A stretch of DNA of 64,000 nucleotides, taken from NCBI GenBank assembly GCA_918797485.1, contig CAKKNE010000002.1:2728001-2792000 (forward strand), given 5' to 3'. Below, in pieces: positions 20,401-28,908 of this stretch (the first letter of the stretch is position 1; each line of letters begins with the position of its first letter). The notes below the pieces were generated by a model that did not search any database, had not been told where the DNA came from, and saw nothing but the letters and a program-made list of their open reading frames with translations. Origin of the DNA: Pelagomonas calceolata. Taxonomy: Eukaryota. The position numbers and the translations under genes are program-made.

Positions 20401-20963
20401 GGAACCGGCCGGCGGGCCGCGTGCGCCTCGCCGCGCGGACGTCGGCGCTTCCCCCGTCCCGAGTCGCGGCGAGCGCCGAGGTGACCGTCGTCGCCGACAC
20501 GTTCTGCCACCTCTACGTCCTCGCCGCGGCGGCGCAGGAGGATTTGCGGCGCTACATGCGCGCGATGCGCCTGCCGCTCGCGAAGCGCCTGCCCGCGGAC
20601 GCGCGCGCCGACGTCGCCATGAAGCGCGACCGCGCCCTCGCCAAGGCGCGAAACGTCGCCGCGGCCATCCGGCCCCTTGCTTCGGCGCCGGCCTCTCCGG
20701 TCGAGGCGCCGGCTCCGGCGGGCGACGTCGAGGCGCCGCCTCCGAGTGAGGAGGCCCCGCGGCCGTCGAGCCGCGCGCGGCCCGCGACGCGCGGCGCGCT
20801 CCGGGCGACGCTCCGGGCCGGATCGGCGCGGTCGACGCCCTCTTTCTCGCGATCGGTTCGGCGCGCCACGCAGCGCGGGCAGCCGGCGACGCCGTTCTCG
20901 CGGGTGGCGCGCGTGGCGCCCGCCGCCATCTTTGAGGAGGGAGACGAGGACGAGGCGGTGTGA
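14439..20963 (+). CDS. Four-repeat cyclic-nucleotide-binding-domain cation channel with inserted C2-like domain
   Basis: Four TM/C-linker/CNBD units (LAELPASL..VPFF; LAALPPDL..FGEDAL; LARLPDNL..GDVLF; WAFSTITSFGDG..PGEIIL); intronless ORF of ~2170 aa. Confidence 0.8.
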   Translation: MGASDVEKATTANRKGWLHVQDEDSPAQVLWHAALLAATLWSCARAPLIDGPSSDGAFDVLADLVFVGEVFVQFLFPLYDGESRELVDDVRQIRDRYLHSRRFYVNIVLALPVCSSHIKPLARATAVVRSLRAAKCKPTLLSLRGTLQRVRDVAVAVELVELATVLLYATLLTLVLAGARWAPRLPYDARNLVLTIMVVTLSLALHAVAFANLQSANDAMNVVEAHHDKQTKPVLQFLDESNVDDDTQLRVRAHFDYLMVKQGGLADDRILAELPASLVRRVRDQNRSLLVKVPFFSPASRPPKFLDAVVDALSTRIFLPNQWLVEPYSTKRELFVLREGVAIVISGRQTVATLTRGDVVGDWGCILGGRATLGVRAGPQSFVEALALDHATLSRIIAACKPHPDDAFRAAVAEKRDRALAKAKIALAFRKKQGESTEADGGGGGNGGQVVGAKTPGPRRPGQGAEAKATEATTAAPTPKRRSKDEPVSLLDENDPGVVATKARRDEGLERWRDAGPAKKVLPSTSYRPTQRVVLPDSTGRFAWDCLLVLLLAYACVRPQLRLLGNRDAFDASLIADYVCDLLFACDLVLRLWFFGVHVEEDGREVLVVDRREIFHQHVTSKRFWIDAVSTIPFDLLGFVNGRWWRVLRLPHVARILNLDSYIRTPLTFVEEHLEVDMDARTVPVAVQLGQLAFTIVTVACVRGMRGNDDEAFPQLAHGALRDLMTVDYVTIKEAAVAKRHVDLVLSVGLVAFFATLVSRGALLLRRADLTDRSPGHARRVCEAFLASHHASVALRTRIDAYLAHLESSGDGARSLAALPPDLRNDVEASLLKPAFDASPLLRDLDGRFRAQLAAAAERHVYAAGDVLSNNEGAFYLKAGAVEIFRGEDVVTRLGPRDGFGEDALLDAVPATYGARAESIVEAWHLPRRRFLELLRQYPAIRERRDELRSKPARFETVAPRRAQIVRNSSRLRRLVRRTTARNRALSLGTRDDVPARDAAQTRAGHAWNVAALSFVLFNVMKVPFDAAFREGHSLRWLDWLPYYAGDVLLAIDALVWHSHGVGAASKGALLATVPFDVFALAITDKNLGAVQRVALCRLPKLLRVLDLPSLARACANAAEAFLKCRLSNNARSLAALAGGYALTAHLCAVGFFWCANSIHLRGGESWAGAAGFLRACSRGGVGGCDVVVDVAPNPKYLDVAGRAFEKRAWSMNSALDAYVAALLWAFGTLTARDQPFAATSGREVAFASGALGAAIVVFAVVVATLEDAASAAGLSRSLFLRRLERATRYCDHQQLPVALRRKFLGAYDRLWAAQRGASGGDALARLPDNLRRDFVVDVAPHLSHLFYVRALGQADLIHELAARVSLEHYARGDVLFGAGERADAAFCVTSGVVDVLGSGDGLLLGRFSTQVVLGEGEFIERALYAASARCVRSTRCVLLTHDAFLEALRRTDQTGAYREKVLATAGEIPQLRTDARAAAAGEAVRKTAPERPSARFWEQARLVANAGGLLWFATTVPFLVTFASSAAGLPVGVVVADGLFLALMAFDLYLDDDAMMVDFASVAPLGLLAHACRLDRSVCASLRTLHLIMLRRGAERVDAVLKFLAEEKRIRWLGAAGAGAAARLLIVFCLAIHWVACLWYGLARIQERSWVDAYRRRGVLSYDMKTGSNGDRRFWYRAALTWAFSTITSFGDGGADATNPLERAFQILVMAAGVLLCDVNVLAVLASIVELNALQRHRNLRRTICARRFMGRLNLKPELRKNVLDYFDYVDENKNLDEALLLKEVGRSCREDVLRHFAFRKLCDSIKFGAFQEGVVASLVRSMAPRTAAPGEIILEGNDDAYYVLRAGRAHTVDACGHSEPVSTGALLAQSEFVAAAKRVGPCTRLLELDVYEAVISRAGTTHPYVRCVTETVTPFGVSVKRVESGVRKYTKRPHFDERFELKVYANTTCCVHVLHHRRGLDGITIGRVELRLSEGAPRWHTILDGRNRPAGRVRLAARTSALPPSRVAASAEVTVVADTFCHLYVLAAAAQEDLRRYMRAMRLPLAKRLPADARADVAMKRDRALAKARNVAAAIRPLASAPASPVEAPAPAGDVEAPPPSEEAPRPSSRARPATRGALRATLRAGSARSTPSFSRSVRRATQRGQPATPFSRVARVAPAAIFEEGDEDEAV

Positions 20964-21046
20964 GTATTATTATGTTGCTTTTCTTGGTAAGTTGGATTGG
21001 TGTATATTTATCGAGGCTCCCGATACTTCCAAACTCTCGACTTCAG

Positions 21047-21068
21047 GCTAGCGGTGTAAGATACTAGC
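21047..21068 (+). promoter_or_regulatory. CTAG bipartite motif copy
   Basis: gctagcggtgtaagatactagc upstream of the ATG at 21332(+). Confidence 0.7.
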
Positions 21069-21331
21069 AAGCGCACCCACCTTTCACAGCCGGCAGGTGC
21101 GTGGCTTGCAGCTTGTACGGCCGCATCGCTCATATTTAGGCTTCGCATAGTTCCCTTTCTTCATCGGCAAGCTGCCAGTTCGCGCCGAGAGAGGCGCTGG
21201 CACAGCTGCACTCCTCAGGAGCAGCAGCTGTGGCGCCGCTGAAGACGACGGATCGCAGCGCTGGCGCGCGCCGCCGTGGGCGCAGTCCGACCAACTGTGC
21301 TGCCTCAGGCGACGGCAGCACGGTCGGTCCG

Positions 21332-22399
21332 ATGACGCCGCGGCCGGCACCATGGCGCGCCTTCGTGGGTCCGCTGCTCATCGCGGCATGCCTCCTGTCC
21401 CGCCTACTCGTCCCGAGCGATACGCGCCGCGCGCTGCAAGAGTCGCCGCCCAGCGCTAAAACGTGTGCGGCCGTCGCTAACAGGCGCGGGCCGCGCCTTG
21501 TCGCGGTGGGTGACGTCCACGGTGACTTCGAGGCGCTTGCAGACGTCCTGAGCGCCGCGAAGATCTCAAACGCCAGCTGCGGCTCTTGGACGGGAGGCAA
21601 TGCGATCCTCGTGCAGATGGGCGACGTAGCAGATCGCGGCCGAGACGTGCAGAAGGCGAACGCCTGCCTACGACGGCTGCAGCGCCTCGCGCCCGAGACT
21701 GGCGGCCAGGTAATACGACTGGTGGGCAACCACGAGCTCATGCGCGCTGAGGGTTCCCTTCGCGACGCGCACCCGGCCGAGTCGAGCGCCGCGGCGGTGG
21801 CCGGCGTCATGCAGTGGAAAGTTGACGTGAAGAGCGGTGCCGTACGCGCCTCGTATTCGGACGGGCCGTACTTTTTCACGCACGCCGGGGTTAGGCCCGC
21901 GCTGCTCGAACGTTTGCCGACGTCGTCGATCGGAGAACTCGTGAGCTACCTCAACGACCGCCTCCGCGACGCCGTCGTCGAGTGCCAGGAGAACCCCGTC
22001 CGCGGTCGATACCTCGAACGCGCGTGTCGCTTCAAGGACGACGTCTTTACGGCGGGCATTGACCGGGGCGGTCGAGGCGTTGGCGGCACGTTTTGGACGG
22101 ACTGGCGAATCCTGGAAGGCTCCCCGGCCGAAGCGCTGCCCGACGCCGTCCAGATCGTCGGCCACTCAGCCGCCCGGTGCCGGCCGCGGCGCGGAAGCCC
22201 CTGCGAGCCGATCCGGTTTCGGTCCGACCTGCGGGCCGTCGTCATCGACGCGGGGCTGTCGAAGGCCTACGCGTCGAACCGCGCGTACCTAGAGATCGAT
22301 GGATCGATCTACGCGAAATGGCTCGAGGCCGACTCGTCCGTGTGGCGGAGGCGCGACCTGGCCGGCCCGTGCGATATAGCCAGCGGATCTAATAAATAG
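21332..22399 (+). CDS. Shewanella-like protein phosphatase (metallophosphoesterase)
   Basis: GDVHG, WTGG.AILVQMGDVADRG, GNHE, THAG, VGH and IDAGLS motifs; N-terminal TM. Confidence 0.85.
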   Translation: MTPRPAPWRAFVGPLLIAACLLSRLLVPSDTRRALQESPPSAKTCAAVANRRGPRLVAVGDVHGDFEALADVLSAAKISNASCGSWTGGNAILVQMGDVADRGRDVQKANACLRRLQRLAPETGGQVIRLVGNHELMRAEGSLRDAHPAESSAAAVAGVMQWKVDVKSGAVRASYSDGPYFFTHAGVRPALLERLPTSSIGELVSYLNDRLRDAVVECQENPVRGRYLERACRFKDDVFTAGIDRGGRGVGGTFWTDWRILEGSPAEALPDAVQIVGHSAARCRPRRGSPCEPIRFRSDLRAVVIDAGLSKAYASNRAYLEIDGSIYAKWLEADSSVWRRRDLAGPCDIASGSNK

Positions 22400-22408
22400 T
22401 ATGTAGTC

Positions 22409-23110
22409 TTAGATCAGAAACGAGGCAATTTGGGGTGCCAAGTGCCTCATCCGGTTCCGCGACGGATGCTCGGCGTTCCCACCGATGACGTACTTGCGTA
22501 CAACGAGGATGAAGTACTTTCGGAGGAGGGCCTTCATGCGGGGGTGCTGCGCGTAGTCAAGCACCGTTCTTCCGCAGTCATCCTTTCGGTAGATGGTCGA
22601 CCCGGCCCCGTGCTCCAGGAGAACCCGCATGATATCTATACTCACGCGCACGCCGCCGGGCCGGGGCCCGAAAGAGGACGTTAGGTGGAGTGGCGTCATT
22701 CCGTGAGCGAGGCATGGGTCTGCGCCATGACCCAGCAACGTGCGCACGAAAGCGCGCGGATCATCTTGTCTACACACAATGACGAGTGGCGGCGACGCAG
22801 ATAATAGGTAATTAGGGTTGGCGCCGCGGTCGAGGAGCAGGGAAGCCAATTCCTCGCGCCCGTGCCAGCAAGTTGCATTTAGCGCACGTCCCAGAAGGTC
22901 GGCGTCGGTCCCTTTGTTCAATAGCATCGTCGCGATTTGCACCTTCTCCGCGGGCGAACCATAGGGCGAGTGACACACCGACATCAAACACTCCGCCAAC
23001 GCACCCCTGTCAGCGCCATTCGCCCAGGTGTAATTCGTCAGGCAGGCAAGCGCCCCCTCGACATTGCCTTTCCTGCAAGCCTCCAGTAATGGGCTCTCGT
23101 TAAACGCCAT
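22409..23110 (-). CDS. Ankyrin-repeat protein
   Basis: SPLLEAC, LLLDRGANPN, TPLHL, LLEHGA, GRTVLDYA. Confidence 0.85.
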   Translation of the reverse strand: MAFNESPLLEACRKGNVEGALACLTNYTWANGADRGALAECLMSVCHSPYGSPAEKVQIATMLLNKGTDADLLGRALNATCWHGREELASLLLDRGANPNYLLSASPPLVIVCRQDDPRAFVRTLLGHGADPCLAHGMTPLHLTSSFGPRPGGVRVSIDIMRVLLEHGAGSTIYRKDDCGRTVLDYAQHPRMKALLRKYFILVVRKYVIGGNAEHPSRNRMRHLAPQIASFLI

Positions 23111-23318
23111 CCTGGTTAAGTGACCCGAGTCAACAGCGCCTTTATTGATTGTTATTCGCCTCCAAGAACTGAACCACTCGTCGCCGCCGTGGAGTGACGG
23201 AAGCACGGCGTTAAAATACCACGCCGCGATGCTTTGAAGACCAGTGGATTGGGTTCCGGCACCCCAAAAACCCGCGCGCCCTCGTCGACAAGAACGCGAT
23301 AAATCGTACGAATCGTTG

Positions 23319-25895
23319 TTATTCCCAACTCAGGACCACCTCCCTCTCCCCCGCGGCCGCGAGGTCCAGCGTCACCAGGCCGTCGGCGAAGGCCGCGTCA
23401 ACGCGCGCGCCGTCGACCGTCACCGAGACGGGCGCTCGCTCCGCATAAACGCCGAAGCGCCCCGGCCCGCGCGCGTTGACGCGGACGCCGTCCGCGCCCT
23501 CGTCGCAAGATAAGACGGCGCCGCCGCCGTTGAGCATGTCAAGTAAACCAAGCGGCGCGTAGGCCACGCCCTTCCAGGCGCGGAGGCGCCGCAGCGCCAC
23601 GACGCGAAAGCCCGCAGGGTCCAGCGTCAATTTTACCGAGTCGTCGGCGCCGAGGACACGCACGGCATTCGACCGAAACTCGTAAGACGCCCAGCGCGCA
23701 TTCTCATCAAAGGCGTCGAACGCCACGGACGCGTCGCGCGGTTTGTACGAGCAAGCGAGCGTCGCGTTCTCGCCGAAGGCGAAGCGCCGCTCGTCCCGCC
23801 GCCAGTGGCCGCCCTGGACGTTGTACAGGCCGAGCACGGCGGCCTCGTCCCCGTTCGGCGCCGCGAGTTTCAGCGCCGTCACACCATCGTGTGACACGTC
23901 CCGAAACAGGCAGTCCGCGCAGAGCCGCGCGGAACCCGTGGCGCCGAGCGTCGTGCCGTCCGGCAGCGCTAAAGCTCTCAACACCTCGGCGTCGTGCTCG
24001 CCCGGCGCGTCGCTGACGGTCACGGGGCCGCCCGATGCTGCCCTAGCGGCAGCGTGGGGCCAGGCCGCGGGGTGCCTCGACTGGAACATGTCCCAGTCCG
24101 GCAGCGCGACTTGTCCGATGAGTAACGAGTTGTACGCGCACGCCGTCAAATGCCAGAGCCAGCTCTCCGGTTCTCGGGGGTAGAAGTCGTCCGACGCCCT
24201 TGCTATTGCTGAATCGAAGTATCTATAAAGGTTCTCGGTCGAGTGGCACATGCAGTTGGACACGCTGATCGAACCATCGTCACTCGCAAAATGTTTTGAA
24301 CCGGCCTTCTCCATGGCTCCAACAAATAAAGCGACGGCTCGGGGACCGCCGCCATGCCCATCACCTAGAGCTCCCACACCCGACTGCGCGTCCGCTTTCA
24401 CACCATCCACACCACACCTCTTCAAGGTCGCATACAGTTCATCGTAGACCTTGTTGATGCCCGGCGGGTCCGTCGGCGTTTTCACGCCACCTAGGGTCGC
24501 GGGGTCCCAGTCGATGGCGGGCTCGACCTTCCTTAATTGATCCGTGGGCTTCGCTCGTAAGACTTCCGCTCCCGGAGAATCGACGCCGCCCCAATAACCG
24601 GCAGCAGCGTGCCAGCACGCCACGTGGTCGACGCCGTACTCGCTCTTCACCGTGTCCTTGATGAAGGCCGTGAACCCGGCCTCGCCGCCGAATTTTGACG
24701 GGTGCGGCTCCGGCGGCCATGCGAGGGCCTTCGTAAAGTCCGTAGACTCGTCGAAGAAGTGGACGAGGGGGCCCTTCAGGATCGTCGTGGCTAGGAGCCG
24801 CCACAAACGCACTCCAAACGAATCCGCCGGGGCCCGCTCCACATGCTTCGCATACATACCCCCTACGGTTTCTGCGAACCGTCTCTTGGCGCCCGCCAAC
24901 ACATCGGAATCGTCATAGATGTCGGGATTCACCATCTCGTCGGCCTTCAGGATTTCTCCTGACAAATTCAAATCTTCGTCCGTGTCCCTGTCCAATCTCA
25001 TCCAGCCGTCGTCGACGATCAACCGTCTCACGGACGAGATCTCCGCCAGTGTTCGTAAGCCTTCCTCGATTTTGTTTTGATCCACGGACGAATAAAAGGC
25101 GTCCCAGGTGCACCAGCCCAGACCTTGCACCATGCCCTGCGGCGGCGCTTTCCGCGAGAGTGGCCTAAAAGACCCTTTGCGCTGCGCTATTGCTTGTACA
25201 GCTTTCTCCAGCAGGGCGTGGACGCAGCCCGCGTCTGTAGCTTTCGTCGCGGCGACGTAGGCCGCGCCGTCGAACTCTCTCGCGCGCACATTAGGATCGC
25301 CGGACTCGACGCGCGCGATCAGTCGGATTCTGTCGTTCTCGGTCTCGCCGCGCACGGCGCAGCGGAACGCGTGGCGGCCGTCCTGGAGGCGCGCCGGGTC
25401 CTGGCCCGCCAGCAACGGCAGGACGAGCGAGTAGGTCCGGAGGCCGTCATCATCTTCCTCGCCCTCCACCAGCACCGCCTGCGACTCGATGGGCACTTCC
25501 CCAAAGGCCGGCGTGATCCACCAGCGCTTGTTTCGCGCTATGGATAAGATGCGCCCCGGCGGCAGGAGACCGAGGTCCACATCCACTTTCGATTTCGCCT
25601 TGCGCAGCGAGAAGCTCAGGAAGCAGCCGCCGTTGCGCGCCGTTTCTCTTGCGGTTTCCACGTCGGCGAGTTTCGTGGCGCCTCGTCGTCGACTGCGCGC
25701 CGGCTCGAGGACGGTGTCTCCGCCCAATACGACGGCGCCGTCGTCGCGCACGGCCGTGGCGGGGGTTGCGTCGCGTAGCGGTTCTTGCTGCGGCAGTGGC
25801 AGCGTCGCGGAATTGAGCGCTGTTCCTGGCCGATTAACCGGGGGGCGCAAGGCGCTCGTTGCCGCCAATAAAAGCAGCCACAGCGGTGACATCAT
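23319..25895 (-). CDS. Raffinose synthase / seed imbibition protein (GH36)
   Basis: LGWCTWDAFY, IVDDGW, WHA..GYWGG, GVDGVKADAQ, CMCH, RASDDFYP and PDWDMFQSRH; signal peptide plus transit-like leader. Confidence 0.9.
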   Translation of the reverse strand: MMSPLWLLLLAATSALRPPVNRPGTALNSATLPLPQQEPLRDATPATAVRDDGAVVLGGDTVLEPARSRRRGATKLADVETARETARNGGCFLSFSLRKAKSKVDVDLGLLPPGRILSIARNKRWWITPAFGEVPIESQAVLVEGEEDDDGLRTYSLVLPLLAGQDPARLQDGRHAFRCAVRGETENDRIRLIARVESGDPNVRAREFDGAAYVAATKATDAGCVHALLEKAVQAIAQRKGSFRPLSRKAPPQGMVQGLGWCTWDAFYSSVDQNKIEEGLRTLAEISSVRRLIVDDGWMRLDRDTDEDLNLSGEILKADEMVNPDIYDDSDVLAGAKRRFAETVGGMYAKHVERAPADSFGVRLWRLLATTILKGPLVHFFDESTDFTKALAWPPEPHPSKFGGEAGFTAFIKDTVKSEYGVDHVACWHAAAGYWGGVDSPGAEVLRAKPTDQLRKVEPAIDWDPATLGGVKTPTDPPGINKVYDELYATLKRCGVDGVKADAQSGVGALGDGHGGGPRAVALFVGAMEKAGSKHFASDDGSISVSNCMCHSTENLYRYFDSAIARASDDFYPREPESWLWHLTACAYNSLLIGQVALPDWDMFQSRHPAAWPHAAARAASGGPVTVSDAPGEHDAEVLRALALPDGTTLGATGSARLCADCLFRDVSHDGVTALKLAAPNGDEAAVLGLYNVQGGHWRRDERRFAFGENATLACSYKPRDASVAFDAFDENARWASYEFRSNAVRVLGADDSVKLTLDPAGFRVVALRRLRAWKGVAYAPLGLLDMLNGGGAVLSCDEGADGVRVNARGPGRFGVYAERAPVSVTVDGARVDAAFADGLVTLDLAAAGEREVVLSWE

Positions 25896-26205
25896 CTGGC
25901 TGCGCACGCGGCCTGAGGCGCCGGACTTGTTGCAGGCTGCCGTGCTTGGTTGCTCTCGAGTGTTTAAGCAATGTTCCGTGCAACCCAGTGCTATATTCGC
26001 CGAGCCACTCAGCTTTTTTCAGGCGCCGCTCTGCTCTGATGCAATCCAGGCGAAAAACGAGGCACGAGCCGCAGCACTCTTCCGCTCCTGAAAGAGACGG
26101 TAGCTGATCCCCGGTACCAATAGGACCAAAATTCGCGTCCAGCAAGCCGCCTGGCAAGACAGCACCGCCGCGCGTCGTAGAAGAGCAATAAGGTTAAAGA
26201 CAAAC

Positions 26206-27462
26206 TTAGTTCAGCGACCCGCGGCACGTCGCCGCGCCGCAGTGGCACGGGATCTTCTCGTCCTCGAGCTCGAACTTGTAGTCGTAGGACAGCTCCTCGC
26301 CCGCCTCTATATCTCTCTTCGTGTAGAGCACGATCTTCTTCCGCCCCGCGTGGGGCACGATCTTGGAGACGCAGTTCGGCGCGCACGAGTGGTTCACGAA
26401 CCGCGCGAGCGAGCCCATGCGCGTCGCGTCCACTATAAGCTGGTCGTCGACGCGGAATAAATAATCAATCTCGCCGTTGCGCTCGTACATCTCCTGGCGC
26501 CGCTCGCCAACCTGCAGGCCGATCTCCTCGCCGCGATACTCGAGCACTTGCGTCCCCTGGACGATGGGCTCGTCCGTAAACACGCCCCACGAGTGGATCG
26601 GCGACCGCGCAAACCTCAGTCGCAGCCGCCGCGTCTCGGCGTAGACGCCGCCGTTCAGGGGGTCGGCCGCGTCGCCGACGCCGTGCCTTGCTAATGCTCG
26701 GCGCTCGCTGCGGAACGCGCGGCCTCGGGCCGCCGATTGCTTCTTGGCGTCGTCCTGGGGCGACTCCCGCTTCGGTGGTGGTGGTGGTGCTGCTGGGGCC
26801 TCCTCGCGGCGGCGGCGCGCCTTCCGGCCCTTCTTTTTTTTTGCGGTCTCTTGCTTCGTCTGGCGCGGGCGGCACCGCGCGCAGGGCTGCCACGGCTCCT
26901 CGCGCGCTGCGAGTGGTTTCACGGGGCTCCCCGGCAGCGACCGCGCGGCGGGCGGCGGCGTGCGCGGCCGCGCGCGGACCTGCGCGCAGTGCGAGCACGC
27001 GCAGTCCTTGGCGTGGTCGTAGCGGTCGGTCTCGCCTATTTTAAATGTGACCTCGAGGGGAGGCCGCTCGTCCTCGTCATCCGGCGTTGCCGGCCGCGGC
27101 TTCTTCCTCGTCGACGGCTCCTCGGCGTCGGCGTCGTCGTCGTCCTCCTCCTGGTACGCTTCTTCCTCCTCCTTCTCGGGACGGGCCCCGCTCCGGGACC
27201 CGCTCCGAGAACCGCTCCGCCGAGACCCGCTCCGGGACCCGCTGCGCCGCCGCTTCGGCGGCGCCGGCGACCGCGAGCGGTGTGGCGACCGGCGGCGCGA
27301 CGACGGCGGGGCGTCGGGCGTGTACGCGTTCGTCTGCTGCCGCCGCCGGGCCGGCGGCGCCGACCACTCGGCCTGGAGGCGCCGCGCCATCTCCTCGTCG
27401 GTCTCCGCGGGCGCCGTCTGCTGCCTCTCGCGACCTCCGAACACCAGGTTGTTTAAATCCAT
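26206..27462 (-). CDS. SET1-like histone lysine methyltransferase (SET + post-SET)
   Basis: RSPIHSWGV, EYRGE, YLFRVD..VDAT..GSLARFVNHSCAPNC, GEELSYDY, CHCGAATCRGSLN. Confidence 0.9.
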   Translation of the reverse strand: MDLNNLVFGGRERQQTAPAETDEEMARRLQAEWSAPPARRRQQTNAYTPDAPPSSRRRSPHRSRSPAPPKRRRSGSRSGSRRSGSRSGSRSGARPEKEEEEAYQEEDDDDADAEEPSTRKKPRPATPDDEDERPPLEVTFKIGETDRYDHAKDCACSHCAQVRARPRTPPPAARSLPGSPVKPLAAREEPWQPCARCRPRQTKQETAKKKKGRKARRRREEAPAAPPPPPKRESPQDDAKKQSAARGRAFRSERRALARHGVGDAADPLNGGVYAETRRLRLRFARSPIHSWGVFTDEPIVQGTQVLEYRGEEIGLQVGERRQEMYERNGEIDYLFRVDDQLIVDATRMGSLARFVNHSCAPNCVSKIVPHAGRKKIVLYTKRDIEAGEELSYDYKFELEDEKIPCHCGAATCRGSLN

Positions 27463-27648
27463 GTCCGACAGCTTGTTTTTAGTTTCAAGCCTAGGGAGAG
27501 CCCTGGCTGGGTGAGCTGTGGGGAGCAAGGTCGGGCCGAAAAGGGTTGCGGCAGAATATATGACTACGGTGAGGAGATTACGAAACACAATGGCGTGACC
27601 GTCGATGCACTTAGCCCCTGGTTTAGCGCTTGCCAAGCCGTGAAAACT

Positions 27649-27670
27649 CTAGTGTCGGTGTGACGCTAGC
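27649..27670 (-). promoter_or_regulatory. CTAG bipartite motif copy
   Basis: Reverse complement gctagcgtcacaccgacactag between divergent starts 27462(-) and 27854(+). Confidence 0.6.
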
Positions 27671-27853
27671 TAAATCCAAGCTCAGGCCGGCCAGCGGCAT
27701 AAATGCAGAACAGGGGTGCTGCTGTTCTTAAATCGTCGCTGCGACACCCGTCAAGCAGCTACACTGCACGGCTGCGCGTGGCAAGCCCTGCGAGCTGATT
27801 GCAAGCGGGCAGTTTCAGGAGAGCAGAGCCCAGGGAGCACATATACAGCCACG

Positions 27854-28897
27854 ATGCGTTGCAGCCTCGTAGCGCTCGCACCAGTGGCCTCGGCGCTCAT
27901 GCAGTTCCGCGCACCCCTCGTCGCCGACGGCTACGCCGCGAAAACTGCTGGAGACGCGCTGTTGGTCTACCTGCCGGGCTTCGACGGCGCCAATCTAGCG
28001 CCCTTCCTCCAGTGGCCCGCGTTGCACGACGCGGGCTTCGACGTGCGCTGCGCGAGCATCGACGAGGATGACAGGAGCACGTTCGACGAGCTAGTAAAGG
28101 CGGCCTCGTCCTATATCGACCGGGAAGCGTGCGACAGGCCCTGCCTGTTGGTCGGCGAGTCCTTTGGAGGCGCCCTCGCGACGGTCGTGGCGCAGCGCAC
28201 CTCGAATGTGGAGGGCGTGGTCCTCGTGAACCCGGCGACGTGCTACGCGGAGTCGGCCCTCGCGTCGAAGGCACCGCCCATCCTGGAGCTGCCGGCCTGG
28301 GCCTACTACGTCGGCCTCGCCTCGTTGCTGCCGCTCTTCGTCGACCGGCACGGCGTCCGCGCGCTGTTCGACATCGTCACGAACAAGCGCCTGCCGTGCG
28401 TCATCGAGACCCCGCGCCAGGAGGCCTACATGGGTCGTGTGGCATTATCCCTACCGGAGCGGATCGCGCGCATGCCGCGCGGGACGCTCGCGTGGCGCCT
28501 CCGGGAATGGCTCGACGTCGGGGCGAAGGTCGACGTCGGTGCTCTGAAACAACCTACACTAGTAGTCTTCGGCGACGAGGACAACACGTTGCCCTCGGAG
28601 CGCGAGGCGGCCCGCGTCGTCGCTTTACTCACGAAGGCACGAGCGGTCCGCGTGCCGGGCGCGGGCCACGCGGCGACGCTCGGGAGTCGCATCGACCTGC
28701 GAGCCGAGGTCGCGGCGTTCTTCGGGGCGGAGCCGGGGTTTTCTTTCCTGGCGGGTGCTCCCCGGAAGATGCGCGCCGACGCGTCGCAAGACGGCGAGGC
28801 GTCGTCGCTGTACGGCCTCTACCCGCGGACGCACGCGCCCGTGGCCGTCTTCGACTACTTCAACGCGGAGAACGACGCGCGCGTCGGCGTAAGGTAA
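27854..28897 (+). CDS. Alpha/beta hydrolase (phytyl-ester-synthase/ELT-like hydrolase domain), likely plastid
   Basis: LLVYLPGFDG, DDRSTFDEL, LVGESFGG, LVNPAT, D..LPS, GAGHA; leader ending VASAL. Confidence 0.8.
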   Translation: MRCSLVALAPVASALMQFRAPLVADGYAAKTAGDALLVYLPGFDGANLAPFLQWPALHDAGFDVRCASIDEDDRSTFDELVKAASSYIDREACDRPCLLVGESFGGALATVVAQRTSNVEGVVLVNPATCYAESALASKAPPILELPAWAYYVGLASLLPLFVDRHGVRALFDIVTNKRLPCVIETPRQEAYMGRVALSLPERIARMPRGTLAWRLREWLDVGAKVDVGALKQPTLVVFGDEDNTLPSEREAARVVALLTKARAVRVPGAGHAATLGSRIDLRAEVAAFFGAEPGFSFLAGAPRKMRADASQDGEASSLYGLYPRTHAPVAVFDYFNAENDARVGVR

Positions 28898-28908
28898 CAG
28901 TTCAATTC

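Noticed and set aside
14439..20963. Alternating CpG-dense and AT-richer patches in the CDS suggesting nucleosome-linker (DNMT5-type) periodicity
   Set aside because: Visual impression only; it needs CpG autocorrelation or Fourier analysis, which I cannot run.
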